Origin: Octopus vulgaris
Lineage: Eukaryota
DNA length: 64,000 nucleotides
Direction of reading: 5' to 3'
Assembly (NCBI GenBank): GCA_951406725.2
Contig: OX597831.1
Location: 8,990,001 to 9,054,000, forward strand
The translations under genes and the position numbers were made by a program. This document shows, in pieces, positions 37,268 through 51,649 of this stretch (its first letter is position 1; each line of letters starts with the position of its first letter). The notes below the pieces were generated by a model. The model worked only from the letters and a program-made list of their open reading frames with translations, was not told where the DNA came from and did no database searches.

Positions 37268-38493
37268 CAGGAGTTAGACAAAATAATTGGAACAGGTGTT
37301 AAATTCAATGAATATTTATTTAATGCGGTGTTGGTCCTTCCTTCTGAACAGCTTCGATGTGTCTAGAAATTGATTCATACAGATTCCTGACTTCCTTGAG
37401 AGGAATTTTGAGCCACTCTTCCTGCAAACCCTGCTCCAGCTGTTGCAGACACGGCGGTAGAGGGTAACGATGCACCACAGATGCTCAATAGTATTGAGAG
37501 CTGGAGATTGAGGGGTCGGGCACTCCATGTGTTGTAGCTCACTACTACGCTCTTCATACCAATTCTTAACCACTGGAGCATTGTCATCTTGGAAGTTGCA
37601 CTCACCATCAGAGAATAATGTATGGATTATGGGAAGGACTTGATTTCCCAAAATATTCAGACAATCATTGCTGTTGATCCTATCATGCAGGGCAACGACT
37701 GGACCAAGAGAATTCCAAGAAATGGCTGCCCAAACCATCACAAAACCTCCTCTGTGCTTCACTGTAGGAAGAAAGCAGTCAAGGTTAAAAGCTTTTTTCG
37801 GGTTGCCTCCACACATAAAATAGCCCTGCAGTGGAGCAAAGAGAAAAACTGGATTCATCGGAGAATATCCCTTGCTTCCATTGGTCTGTCGACCACCCCT
37901 TGTGATCTCTACGTCAGTTCAGTCTTAACTGAATGTTTTGATGAGAAAGCAGGTTTCCTGACGGCGGCTCTTCCATGATATCCGGCTTTATTGAGCTCAT
38001 GGCAAATTGTTTTGGTCGAAACTGGGCTAGTCAGATGATTCAATTTTAAAGTCACTTTAGGGGCAGTTGTCCGGTGATTATTCATCACAATGCGATCCAA
38101 CACTCGTCGGTCTCTTTCAATAAACTTCGAAGTCCTGCTGAACTTACTCCTCCTGCTGGAGGTTCATGCCCTGCTTATCAAATTCAGTCATGGTCCTTGA
38201 TATGGTAGTTCTCGAAAATCGAAGGAGTCCAGCTGTTCTAGTGACAGAAGCTCCTGCCGTTCGAGATCCAACTATTGCCCTTTTTCGAACTCATTCAGGT
38301 CACGCATCGTAGCTTAATTTATTCTACAATCTGAAAAAGAGAGAGAAATGATCATTAAATTAGATAAATAAAACCATCTACAATACAAAAAACCCCCACT
38401 CACAATGAAATTTGGATGAATATTCGCAACATAATGACTCATTGAATATTGGAATCAAATTACTACTGTTCTAATTATTTTGTCCAACCTCGG
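37268..38493 (-). mobile_element. Tc1 (DD34E) DNA transposon, decayed, both TIRs present
   Basis: TIRs caggagttagacaaaataattggaacag / ctgttctaattattttgtccaacctcgg. Motifs PTVKHRGGFVMVWAAIS, FQDDNAP, PQSPALNTIEHLW; HTH part at 37909-38103. Confidence 0.92.
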
Positions 38494-38589
38494 TCTATGG
38501 CAGTGTTCCAGTATTGCTGTAGACCAATGAATGAAACAAGGAAAAGATAATGCATCGCGCGCGCTCACACACACACGTACGAATCTCAT

Positions 38590-38858
38590 CTGCGAATGTA
38601 TGGAAAACGAACCTCCACCAACTATTCTGACGATATGTCTGCGCACACCTTTGAATGCGGTGTATGCCAGAAGGTTTGCAAATCCAACGGAGGCCTCAAA
38701 AGTCATGTTAAGATCTACAAAGAGCAGAACTTATCTGCTGGTATTGGTGCTCCAAATCAGAGGTGCAATCTATATGGGCATCTTTTCAGAACATTGTCTC
38801 GTTTAAAAAATCCATATCAGACGCCATGATGTTGCTAAGCTGTAGGTACAGGAGGTGT
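38590..38858 (+). pseudogene. 3' end of an RTE-like LINE with C2H2 fingers
   Basis: FECGVCQKVCKSNGGLKSHVKIY...CNLYGHLFRTLSRLK. A second copy lies at 10845-11077, so this is a repeat and not a host zinc-finger exon. Confidence 0.65.
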
Positions 38859-38861
38859 ACC

Positions 38862-38920
<59 letters not shown>

Positions 38921-38922
38921 AA

Positions 38923-39240
38923 ATAAGCAACAAGAATGACTCCGGTAATTTGGTACAATTGTTCCGCACTACATTTTATTAAAAGTTGTAAGTATTAGAG
39001 CAGATTTAAGATGTTGAGTGCTCTTCAGCCAATTATATAGGTTTTCCAATAACACAAAAAGCTTTCAAATCAACCTTCTCTAAAATGTTACTACTTGATT
39101 TGAAAGCTTTTGTATTATTGGAAAACCTATATAATTGGCTGAAAAACATCTTAAATCTGCTGTAATACTTACAACTTTTAATAAAATGTTGTAGTGCAAA
39201 ACAATTGTACCAAATTACCGGAGTCATTCTTGTTGCATAT
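38923..39240. repeat. Inverted repeat (~150 bp arms, ~21 bp spacer)
   Basis: 38923-39073 vs 39095-39240. Confidence 0.92.
38946..39036 (-). ncRNA. Type I hammerhead motif (one core substitution)
   Basis: taattgg-CUGAAGA-gcact...agtgc-GGAAC-aatt-GUA-ccaaatta. Confidence 0.6.
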
Positions 39241-39354
39241 GTTTTGTTTATAATCACCCCGCAAATTTTTATGGATAACACCATACAAAATTCTGGTGCA
39301 TCTAAATTAAGTACCATATTCATTTGAATCTAAATTGTTGCTGAACTTGTAATT

Positions 39355-39398
<44 letters not shown>

Positions 39399-39952
39399 AT
39401 ATGCAGTCCAAAATAAGGAAAGCGCAAGGAGAAGGTGAAAGAACAACCAGCACGGTGTATTAGGGTGAGGCTCAGATAAAATGGAAGAAGTCTTCGCTGT
39501 TTGGAGCCTAGGTTTTCGAACAGAAAGTGTAGATGAGAAGAGAGAAAAATAAAACGAAGATACAAAACGAGTCTGAGTTAAATGGTCAAGGCTTATTGAA
39601 ATAACCGGAAGATGAAGGATTTGGCTTGAGGCGTGGATGGCAAGGGAGACAAAAGTGACCCTCACATACGTGTGTTCAAACACGTGGATATGTGTGAATC
39701 TAATGTGTGCGTGCACCTATACCTATATGGGCGCGCGTGAGTATGCGAGAAAGCACGCCTGTGTGTATGAAACGGATGTGCAAGTGTATACTATGTGTGT
39801 TTGTGAATCTGTGTGCACGTGTATGGTCGTGTATATGTATGTGTGTGTGTGTGAGGCTATCTGATGTGTGTTAGCAAATAAGTAAAAATCGGACGTGTGT
39901 GTGTATGCATATATGTGAGTGCGTATGTGTATATAAACAATTTGCGTATCGT

Positions 39953-40003
<51 letters not shown>

Positions 40004-41371
40004 CTTTTTTCTCACTCTGTACACACAGACACAGACACACACAGACACACACACACATACACGCGCGCGCGCGCGTATAGACATGCGTATATAAATATTA
40101 TATTACACTGAATAAATTGTTGAAAAATTATAGTTAATCGTGGTTTCATCGTTGGAATTGTCGTAAATTGTAGAATACTTTTATTCTATACTATACGATT
40201 TTATACTATTGTTCTCTACCAGTTTTGAGTAGTTTTAACCATTGTTATTGCATTATTTAAAAGTAACTTCACATTAAACTCTTTTATAGCGTTCTAGGTT
40301 TTCAGCTCTGTAATGTGGTGCATTTTAAAGAATATCTATGTCATTCTTCTTTCTTGTTTGCAGATAATTTTTGTCTGCTTGTTGAATTCGTTCATTTTTT
40401 CCCCAACCCCAAAATAGCAAAGATTTATTTTGTTAAGTCTATCTATTTGTAAGAGACAAATAAAGAAAGTTGGGAGGAATAAAATGAAATGAAATACAAG
40501 TAAAAGAAATATTTTTCCTTAGGTAAAGAAACAAAGGATAAGTCAAAGCATAGCAGGGAAGACATTTATCTTTGTTTGGAATACATTTTCTTGCATCAAA
40601 ATTCCATTTCTAAGAAGAGACAATTGGGAAAAAAGAAAGATACATTGTTCATTTTGCAAAAACAAAAATGAAATAACCACACTATGAAATATAACACATT
40701 TAAATGGGACATTGAAAGCAGCAGAAAGAAAAAAAGTAAAAAAGAAAAACAAGCGCAAAATGAAAATGAAACAAAGATGTAAAACAGTGTTGTGTGATGA
40801 AGGAAAATCAAGGTAAAAATGATGCCTTTCAAAGAGACAAGCTATTACAAAGCTAAAATACATTAAACATACAATAGCTACATAATAGAATATTGTGTAC
40901 AACCAGCAAGTGCTTTTACAAAGAATCTCTATTTTGGGTCACAATGGGGCCTTTGGCTTTCTTCCTTTCTCTCCTTCGTTCTTTCTTTATAGCTCACATT
41001 TCATCTTTTTGTTTTCTGAATTGTTATTTATTTTTTGGGTTTCTTTTTACTATATTGATTGAATTTTACTTATTGATACGAGCGTAGTTAACAGATTTTT
41101 TCTTATAACTATAGTAATAATTGTTCCGCCGGTCAATTTCTAAAAGTCTTGCGGACGTTTTATAATATAATGCAATTCTGCTGTTCATAAATATGCTTTA
41201 ACCTGTTCCTGCTCAGTGTTCTCTCTTTCCTTTATATCATAACAGCGAACCAATTGCTGTGAATTCCACAGGGAGCTCCACTCTTGCATCATTCACGCTC
41301 ATTACATTCATAAAGCCACCAGCTATTTCATCGAAGCAGCACAGTGGTTCTCATTACCTGACATCGCATTG

Positions 41372-41450
<79 letters not shown>

Positions 41451-41473
41451 TGATAATAATGATAATAATGATG

Positions 41474-41990
<517 letters not shown>

Positions 41991-42029
41991 GATAGTAGTA
42001 TTAGTAGTAGTAATAATAATAATTACACA

Positions 42030-43212
42030 TACTTGCTATGCAGAGGTTTCTGTACCCATCTGCTAGCTAATTTTTCATGTACTTTTGTATTTGCAATTAA
42101 TTTTATTTTCGTTGTAACAGCAGTTGGCGCATTTCCTTCAACCTGATCAATCTGGTGGGTATCTTAGAGATCAGTAGCGAATTTTTTGCTCTCTTTGAGA
42201 ATAGAGTGAAGTTTTTTTAGGTCTTTCATGTTTTTCAACAAGTTTTAGCATCCGATCTTTGGTTGCTTCAAGGTATTTGGCCAATCCGATTGTGGTAGTT
42301 TTGTATGTAAGTTCAAGCTGGATCAAACCTCGACCTCCCTGAGCTCTGGGAAGGTAAAGACGATCCACGTCTGCCTTTGGATGGTGCATCTTATTACAAG
42401 TCAGTAGCTTGCGGATTTTTCTGTCAATTTTCATTATTTCACTGGTATTCCAGTTAAGCACATTGAAGCTATAAAGAACAACTGGTACCGCTAAGGAATT
42501 TATGGCTAACACCTTATTATATGCATTCAGCTCAGACTTCAGGACCGCTCGAACTCTTCTATAACATTCCTTCCTAACCTTCTCTTTCATGCTTGCATGC
42601 TGGATACCAGAGCTTTCATTTATTCCTAGGTATTTATAGGTTTCTTCCTGCTCAAATTCCTTTATTACTGTTTCGACATCTAATTCGAATGAACTAGACT
42701 TTACCAATTTCCCTTTTCGTAAAAGTGACTTCGGCACACTTTTCAAGGCCAAACTCCATCCCGATATCATCACTGAATCCTCTCACAGTATGTTGCAGTC
42801 CTTCAAGCTTTTCATCATCTTTGCCATATAGCTTTAAATCATCCATATAAAATAGATGGCTTATTTTCCTGTTGTCAATTTTGTAGCCATATCCTGTTCT
42901 ATTCAGTTCACTTGAGAGTGGTATTAGTGCTATGCAGAAAATTAGTGGTGAAAGTGAGTCACGTTGGAAAATTCCACAGTTTATGCTAATGTCGTTTGAG
43001 TGCAATACTCCATTAGAATGATATAATTGGAGCTTCGTGTTGCATAGTGACATATTATACTTTAAAAAATCTGAAACCACAGGAGAAATTTTGAAAATGT
43101 CCAGCAGTTTCAGAATCCACGACTGTAGTATGCTGTCAAAGGCTTTTTTACAATCAATCCATGAAGAGCTGAGATTTCTGCGCTTGTTATGACAGTTCTC
43201 AAGGATCATGCG
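42030..43212 (-). pseudogene. R4/Dong-type reverse transcriptase fragment
   Basis: WIDCKKAFDS, GIFQRDSLSPLIFC, ISHLFYMDDLKLYG, GMEFGLEKCA, YKYLG, RLYLPRAQGGRGL; one frameshift at ~42715. Confidence 0.9.
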
Positions 43213-43268
43213 ATTAATTAGGAGCTGATCTTTGCATTCGTATGAGCCTAATTATTATTATTATTATT

Positions 43269-43301
<33 letters not shown>

Positions 43302-43303
43302 GA

Positions 43304-43377
<74 letters not shown>

Positions 43378-43411
43378 TCATTATTATTATTATTTTTATT
43401 ATTATTACTAC

Positions 43412-43512
<101 letters not shown>

Positions 43513-43516
43513 CTAC

Positions 43517-43627
<111 letters not shown>

Positions 43628-44599
43628 GTCATCCTCAGATTACCTAACTGTCAAAGTCCAACTCCGAGTTACAATTGCTTGCTAAATACAAACATTGCTT
43701 CATTTCACGGTCGAGTGGGTTAAGAAAGGCATGTGGCTGTACAGCAATCGTTTCTCGCCATCCGCATACGATATTTCTTCAGTCCGATAATGAAGAAATT
43801 AATGTTTAATCGCCAAAAGCAAGCTGGCGGATGTGAACTAGTTATGTAATTAAGTATTATGTAATTAAGTATTATGTAATTATGTATTTGATCAGGCGAA
43901 TAAAATTAAATGCACCATGTTCTAAGTACACAGCGGAATATTATTAGCAGCGTTGACAGTCGTAGTTGTCGTCGATGTGGTGGTCGTCACCATCACCATC
44001 GACATCCTCGTCATCATTATTATCACCATTGTCATCATCACCACTCTCACCACCACCACCACCAACACTACCACCACCGCCACCACCATCATCATCATCA
44101 TCACCATAATCTTGATTGTCGTCGTCAAGGCTGTACACCAAGAAAACGAAAACACCAAAGCCACAACCACCAGCATCACCACCACCACAACCACTACAAC
44201 CACCACCACTACCACCGGCACCAGCACCAGCATCACCTCCACCTATCATAATCACCACCACAATCTCCACAACCACAGCCATGACCACCACTACCATCAA
44301 TCTCACTCCACCACCAATGCCATCACCACCACCACCACCACAATCACTAGCGTTGAAATCGTTAGAAATATCTATTTGTTATCATCTTCATCATCATCAT
44401 CGTCGTCGTCGTCGTCGTTGTCATCATCATCTTTAACACCACCAACAACAACAACATCACCACTACCGTCGTCCTCCTGTTCGTCATTATTTTCCTCAAC
44501 TGCATAGCTGTCGCCATACTGACTCCAGAAATAGCAACCAAATCACCCTTATTAAATCGAACATGACAGTTTTATGATGTTACTCGTAAGAGAGTCAGC

Positions 44600-45060
44600 A
44601 CTCTAGTCCAGCCATCTGGTTTTTTTGTTTATATCCTGATTTCCGTAGTGTGGAGTTATAGGCCTCTTTATGTCTGTTAACGATGTTCATGTTGGAGGAG
44701 AGACGTGATTTTCTATTCCTAATGCTATGTACTAGGCTACTCTTAATAAAGTTGGGGAGATTACTTGCAGCGTTAATGTATTAGAGGTTCGTGTTAGGTT
44801 TCATGTAGGGTTCATATAATCCTGTGGCTAGGCTGCAGGTTGTGTCTACTAAGTAGTTAATAGAGGTGTGTTCGTTTTCGATAGAAATAGATAGTCCAAA
44901 TCTTTTGAAGAATTTATGTAGCTTTTCTTTTAGAAGTTCTAGTTTTCTATTTGAGGGTTTATTAATTATGAAGAGAGCGTCATCCGTGTATAACCCTCCT
45001 TTGAGTTCCGGGAATTCGTCCTTTATGTATGATAGCAGGAGGGAAGCTTCTACACTAGGA
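44600..45060 (-). pseudogene. Penelope-like element RT fragment (inverted segment)
   Basis: GGLYTDDALFII...INYL...TGLYEPYMKPN, continuing after a stop as YINAASN..., RLSSN...AYNSTLRKSGY. Confidence 0.85.
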
Positions 45061-45789
45061 AAAACAACACAAAAGACAAACAAAATAACGATAATATCTG
45101 GTTCTTAATCCCCTACGCCATGCACCTCAGATCAAATATAGTTCGCTCATTAATGAAAATGATAGACAAACACTTAAACGTTAATAATAAATACACAGAA
45201 TTATTTAGGAATAAAATCAGAATAGGCCACAGTTTGGCTAACAACTTAGCCACAATAATAGCCTTAATGAATAATAAAAAAACTTGACAAATTCTACGAA
45301 ACTAGAAAAATAGTGAACAATAAAAGTAATAACCAACCAACTAATAGGACCAAGCCCCCACTAATGCAACGCCTCCTGCCTACTTAGGTACTGACCTGAA
45401 TAATAATTGGCCCCCACAATACAACACAGACGTAGATACACCTATTTATTTATGCGGCTGTAGTGATAGAACAAAGTGTCGATTCTCAAACAGATGTAAG
45501 ACAAGTAACGTAGCTTACCAATGTGACGTCCGGACAAATAACCAGACGAAATCTTACATAGGTGCAACTAAGAACCAAATGATTCTCAGATATAATACAC
45601 ATCTATCCAGCTTCAGAAATAGGAATAAGGCAAACTCAACAGGACTTAGTGCATACATTTGGAAACTTAAGGATAAAAAAAAAAAAAAATTTTAGCTTTA
45701 ACTGGCATATACAAACAAAAACAAACTGCTACAACACTGCGTGGAGACGCTGCGATCTCTGCCTATCAGAACGCCTAGCTATACTTACG
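45061..45789 (+). pseudogene. Penelope-like element linker + GIY-YIG endonuclease fragment
   Basis: IWFLIPY...NIVRSLMKMIDKHL; CGC..RTKC..SNRCKTSNVAYQCDV...SYIGATKN...RYNTHLSSFRN...STGLSAYIWKLK; CDLCLSERLAI. Confidence 0.9.
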
Positions 45790-45948
45790 GATCCTGCCAA
45801 AGGCTTTCTCCACGTCCAGAGAAGCTAAGTATAGGGGTTTATCTTTAGTTAGGTATTTCTCCGGCAGTTGTCGAACCAGGAATATGGCATCAGTGGTACT
45901 TCTACCCGGCACAAAACCGAACTGCATCTCATCTAAGCAGCCTCTCTC
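45790..45948 (-). pseudogene. RTE-clade RT fragment
   Basis: LDEMQFGFVPGRSTTDAIFLVRQL.EKYL.KDKPLYLA.LD.EKAF. Confidence 0.85.
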
Positions 45949-46127
<179 letters not shown>

Positions 46128-46160
46128 TCGAAAAATACCATAGGTTCGAAATTTCCCCAA

Positions 46161-46206
46161 GACACCTGATGAAGTCTGGAGGGTATATCAGCCGAAACGT
46201 TGTGTT
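46161..46206 (+). ncRNA. Minimal type I hammerhead ribozyme
   Basis: gacac-CUGAUGA-agtctgg...cagcc-GAAAC-GUU-gtgtt; helix III is reduced to the palindrome AACGTT. Confidence 0.75.
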
Positions 46207-46689
46207 AACAGCAAAGAGGATGAGGACAAATATACGTCAAATGTAAATAATGTAAATAATGTACATAATTCCTCATCTCTTAAATATAGAACTGTAAGGA
46301 TGCTATGCTTGAAAAAAAAAATAAAATAAAAAGCAGGAAAAGAATAAAAAATGCAATCGTGCAAGAAAGCAGAAATATAAGTCTTTGCCTTATGAAATTA
46401 AAATTCATGGATCTGCATTAAAAGTCACTGATCAGTTTGGTTTTATATATTGGAAGGAAAAATAATGTTTTTTTTTTTTTTTTTCCAGCGAAATATTCCA
46501 TTGATATTACGTAAGAGACTTTCGCAAATAATATCGACATATTTATCGATAAGTGATTTATGAATAACATCATCAAGATGGAGGAACGGTTTTTAATTTG
46601 ACATTTCATTGAAGGGGACCAATTAATCATTCTCTCACTCAAACATTTGCCATCGAACGAACGATTTTGAAAAACGTTGTTGCGCATGC

Positions 46690-46720
<31 letters not shown>

Positions 46721-46822
46721 CATACATACATACATACATACGCACACACGCACATACATACGCACATACACACATATATACATATAAGCACACGCATATG
46801 TGTGCCTGAATGTGTGTGTGTG

Positions 46823-46862
<40 letters not shown>

Positions 46863-47203
46863 CATAGATATACTAGTATGTCTATATTTGCATCTGTCCA
46901 TAAATACATACATACATACATACATACATACATACATACATACATACATAAATGTTTATGTAATTTTTTTTGATTAATGGGTATATGTCAGTTAGTGTGT
47001 TGAGTAAAGCACGTCCACGGTATAGGCTACCTGGTGTCATCCACGGTTGGAGTATATTTTCTATAGAACGATGTCAGGAATTCCACAGTGTTAGTTAAGA
47101 TAATAATAATAATTTACGAAGGAAACGAAAGATAGATACGGCAGTAGTCTTATAAAGACTACTGACCAATCTACCTTCTGTTTTCTTCATGAATTATATA
47201 TAT

Positions 47204-47610
47204 AGGAGTGGCTGTGTGGTAAGTAGCTTGCTAACAAACCACATGGTTCCGGGTTCCGTCCCACTGCGTGGCATCTTGGGCAAGTGTCTTCTGCTATAGT
47301 CCCGGGCCGACCAATGCCTTGTGAGTGGATTTGGTAGACGGAAACTGAAAGAAGCCTGTCGTATATATGTATATGTATATATATGTATGTATGTTTGTGT
47401 GTTTGTGTGTCTGTGTTTGTCCCCCTAGCATTGCTTGACAACCGATGCTGGTGTGTTTACGTCCTCGTCACTTAGCGGTTCGACAAAAGAGACCGATAGA
47501 ATAAGTACTGGGCTTACAAAGAATAAGTCCCGGGGTGGATTTGCTCGACTAAAGGCGGCGCTCCTGCATGGCCGCAGTCAAATGACTGAAACAAGTAAAA
47601 GAGTAAAAGA

Positions 47611-47611
<1 letters not shown>
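47204..47611 (+). mobile_element. SINE family A (full length)
   Basis: Reverse complement of the 17299-17713 copy at high identity. Confidence 0.92.
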
Positions 47612-47654
<43 letters not shown>

Positions 47655-48807
47655 CTAATGGGTACAAGTCGATTAGTGTGTTGAAGTGTTTGGCAGAGTA
47701 GTGGCACAGTTTGGGCTACTTGGTGTCATCTGCGGTCGGGTTATATTATAGTTGGATCTAATTCAGGTACTCCGAAGTGGTAGTTGAGATAATAATAATA
47801 ATTCCTTAAATAACCAGAAGATGGATTTGGTATTAATCTTTATTTTCTTCGACGGTCGTTTTGAGACTGTCCCTTATGGGTGGGGCTCCATTCAACGTGT
47901 TGCATCCATTTTGTAGTCTGGGTCTCATCAAGTATATATCCACGCATAAAGTTGTGTCTCGCTAAAGATCCTTAGTTTATTTTTCAAATGTCTTCACTTT
48001 GATGCGCTGAGGTCGGAAATTACTCTGCAGTTAATAAATTACAGCAGCCAATTTACCGGTTAGAGAACATTTTTTAATTTAAAATTAAATAATAAGGGTA
48101 GAAATTGATATTAATCAATTAAAACCAGTGGCTTAGCATATTTAAAAAAAATTCGAAGATTAAAATTTGTGTTACATACAAAATTTAGAGGAATGACCAC
48201 TAAAGTGGACACTCTATATGCTAAACATAGACGTCAAATCATCATTACCACGAAGAATGTGTACTCAAGAAAAAATCTCAGCAAAATCCAAAATGTAAAA
48301 ATAAGTACGACAAATGGCGGTGCCCCAGCATGGCCACAGCTCGTGAGCTGAAACTAGATAAAATAAATAAAATAAAATAAAATAAATGAAAATATACGAA
48401 ATCTATAATTACATGATGGGCTTGAAAATAGTCATGTATGTGTAAATTAAGATATATACGTGAAATATATTCGTCTAAATATACGCAAGTAAAGCCGTCC
48501 AGCAGAAAATATGAACAATTTCATTGTTTGAATTTTAAGTCTGCAGAGGAGATTATCTCCCAAAAACTGACACTGTTTGTCTTTAAAATGTCAAAAACAC
48601 AAATGATTGTGAAAGAAAAAAAAACATACGAACTATAAAAATACTAGAAACATGTAAATATTTAAGAGAAGAAAAAAAAAAGGACAAAAAATATAAACAA
48701 CGAAATTACCAAAGCAAACAAATGATTATACTCAGACACACAAACACACAAACTTATATATATATATATACTATATATATATACTATATATATATACTAT
48801 ATATATA

Positions 48808-48866
<59 letters not shown>

Positions 48867-48879
48867 ATATATATATATT

Positions 48880-49088
48880 TGTGTGTGTCGGTGTTTGTCC
48901 ACCCCCACCCATCGCTTGACAACAGATGCTGGTGTTTACGTTCCCATAACTTAGCGGTTCGGCAAAAGACCGATAGGATAAGTACTAGGCTTACAAAGAA
49001 TAAGTCCTGGAGTCGACTTTTTCGACTAAAGGCAATGCTCCAGCATGACCGCAGTCAAATGACTGAGAAGTGTAAAAGAATAAAATAG
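48880..49088 (+). mobile_element. SINE family A, 3' half
   Basis: Runs tgtttgtccaccccc...atgctccagcatgaccgcagtcaaatgactg. Confidence 0.85.
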
Positions 49089-49136
49089 TATATACTTGTG
49101 TGTCTGTGTTTTGTGTATCTATATAGATGCATGTGT

Positions 49137-49443
49137 GGAGGCGCAATGGCCCAGTGGTTAGGGCAGCGGACTCGCGGTCGTCGGATCGCGGTTTCGATTC
49201 CCAGACCGGGCGTTGTGTGTGTTCATTGAGCGAAAACGCCTAAAGCTCCACGACGCTCTGGCAGGGGGTGGTGATCCCTGCTGTACTCTTTCACCACTCT
49301 TTCTCTCACTCTTTCGTCTGTTGGCCTACTCGCTTAGCCAGCGGGGTGGCGTCATTTGAAGGCTAAAACAATGCGAAGCGCATTGTGACCAGCGATGTAT
49401 AGCAACATCTGATGGTCTGGTCGGTCACGTGATCACGTGATAT
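49137..49443 (+). mobile_element. tRNA-derived SINE family C (tail type 1)
   Basis: Head ggaggcgcaatggcccagtggttagggcagcggactcgcgg...ggtttcgattccc has A and B boxes; ends ggtcacgtgatcacgtgata. Confidence 0.88.
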
Positions 49444-49669
49444 AGATGAATGTATATATGGTTGTATGAATGAAGAAGCTTTAAACTAACATACAATGAC
49501 AGTGGACTCGGCAGAGTAATTGCACCAGTGATCGGGTATATATCCGTTTTGATATTTAATAGAGATATCGGGCATTTATCGGACAACGATATAGACGTAT
49601 ACACACGTTTGATAAATGTATGTTTATGCATAATAAATAATAAATGAACTATATTTGTTGCCATGTGTA

Positions 49670-49734
<65 letters not shown>

Positions 49735-49946
49735 TGTGCATGTGTGTGATGTTGTTTTTGCCTTAGTATGTGTGAGACGCTTGTATGCGCTGATCTCTAA
49801 AGCTGTGTAATGGTGTATGCGTCTGATAATGCAGGAGTGTTCGGGTTTTCAGAAAAGTGTGTCGTTGTGCTGGTGTATATATTTCGCCGTGAATTGTGCG
49901 TATTTATATGTGTTTCCTTGCTTTGGTTTGTGTTTATGCACGTGTC

Positions 49947-50042
<96 letters not shown>

Positions 50043-51515
50043 TAAGTGTGTTTGTTTCTTTATTCAGTTTGTCCGTCAAACATATGTAAATGAAACATGA
50101 AAAGACATGGACGGTGGTCTGTTTCTCTGAACTGTAAAATTATGTGTTCTGTGCAAAATGAATGCATTACAAAGAATAACTATCACAAACAAACAAACAA
50201 ACATACAATCTAGGGAAATAATCACTCACACATATATAAAGCTGAAACAAATATATAAATAACTCACTAATAAACGATATATCGAGAAGAAAACACTGTT
50301 GTGACCAAACAAAAAAGCACAGCAGACACAAATACACATCAAAATATAAACATACAAATAAGTGTTAAGAGAAGAAATTAAATATTTACACATAAAAAAT
50401 ATTAACAAAGAAAATATTAACCCAAATACATAAAAATTAACGCAAATAAGAACATTATTATATACAAAGAAAGAAAGAAAAAAAAGGAAATTATTTGAAT
50501 AAATATTGATGTAAATATTAACAGAAGAAGAAAATCATTAACATAAAACCAAAATTATTATCATACGAAGGAAAACATTGACATTCAAACGTAAACGTCG
50601 TCACATGAACGAAACATTAATACACACCTAAGCACTGATCCCAACGTAAACATTGTTACAGGCAGGGACATTAACAGGAAAAGATAAACGCTGACAAACA
50701 TCAATATTATCGGGCAAACAGAACATTATCAGACAGACACAAACATTAAGGTACGTAATAATATTATCACATACAGAAGCATTAATAGGCATCCGTAAAC
50801 ATTACCGCGCAAACAAAACATTTAACGTGCATATATGAATTAACGCCACCGTTAACGCCATCGCACAAACCAAACATTATACGTAAACATGAGCATTAAC
50901 ATATTCATAAGCATTATCAAACGCGTTAACATTGATCCGCCATCATATGCATTAATACACAAAGAACTCCAACAAACACACTAAACCAAGAAGAATGCCA
51001 TTAAGACATACAACAACCGTCAACACTAATAATATATTATTGCACAAATGTCAACGACGCTGAATTAGAAATATTTACTCAATCAAACATAAAATGAACA
51101 AAGGACAGCATTGAAGAATGAATATTAAGAGACTCATAAACATTAACAGGCCAGACATTAATACACGGACATAAATATTAAGAACCAGAAATTGAAGATC
51201 AACAGAGATAAACAATAATATTAAGACCTAAAGAAAATCATTGACGAACGGACATTAAAATTACACAAGCACAGATGAAAACTTTGGCAAATAAGACATA
51301 CAAACAAAATACAAACTCTACCAAATAAACCGTTTTTAATTTTGGCACGACGCTATCGATTTTGAAGGACCCAAGTACATAACTGGTATTTCGCCAATCT
51401 CAGTGGGACGAAGATCAAAGTTTAGCACGGTGAAATTTGAGAAGAGAAGAAGGATTAAGAGACACACGCGCACACACACACTCTTGCATGTATATATGCA
51501 TATATGTATGTACGC

Positions 51516-51611
<96 letters not shown>

Positions 51612-51649
51612 ATATATATGGATCAAAACAGTTTGATTCAAATTCATTG

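Noticed and set aside
38596-38829. Host C2H2 zinc-finger exon
   Set aside because: Degenerate, no TGEKP linkers, and a second copy at 10845-11077 ends in a UTR with a (TA)n tail, as for a LINE 3' end.
49137-49212. tRNA gene (also SINE A and B heads)
   Set aside because: A/B boxes are present but there is no clean cloverleaf or terminator, and the sequence continues into a multi-copy SINE body.
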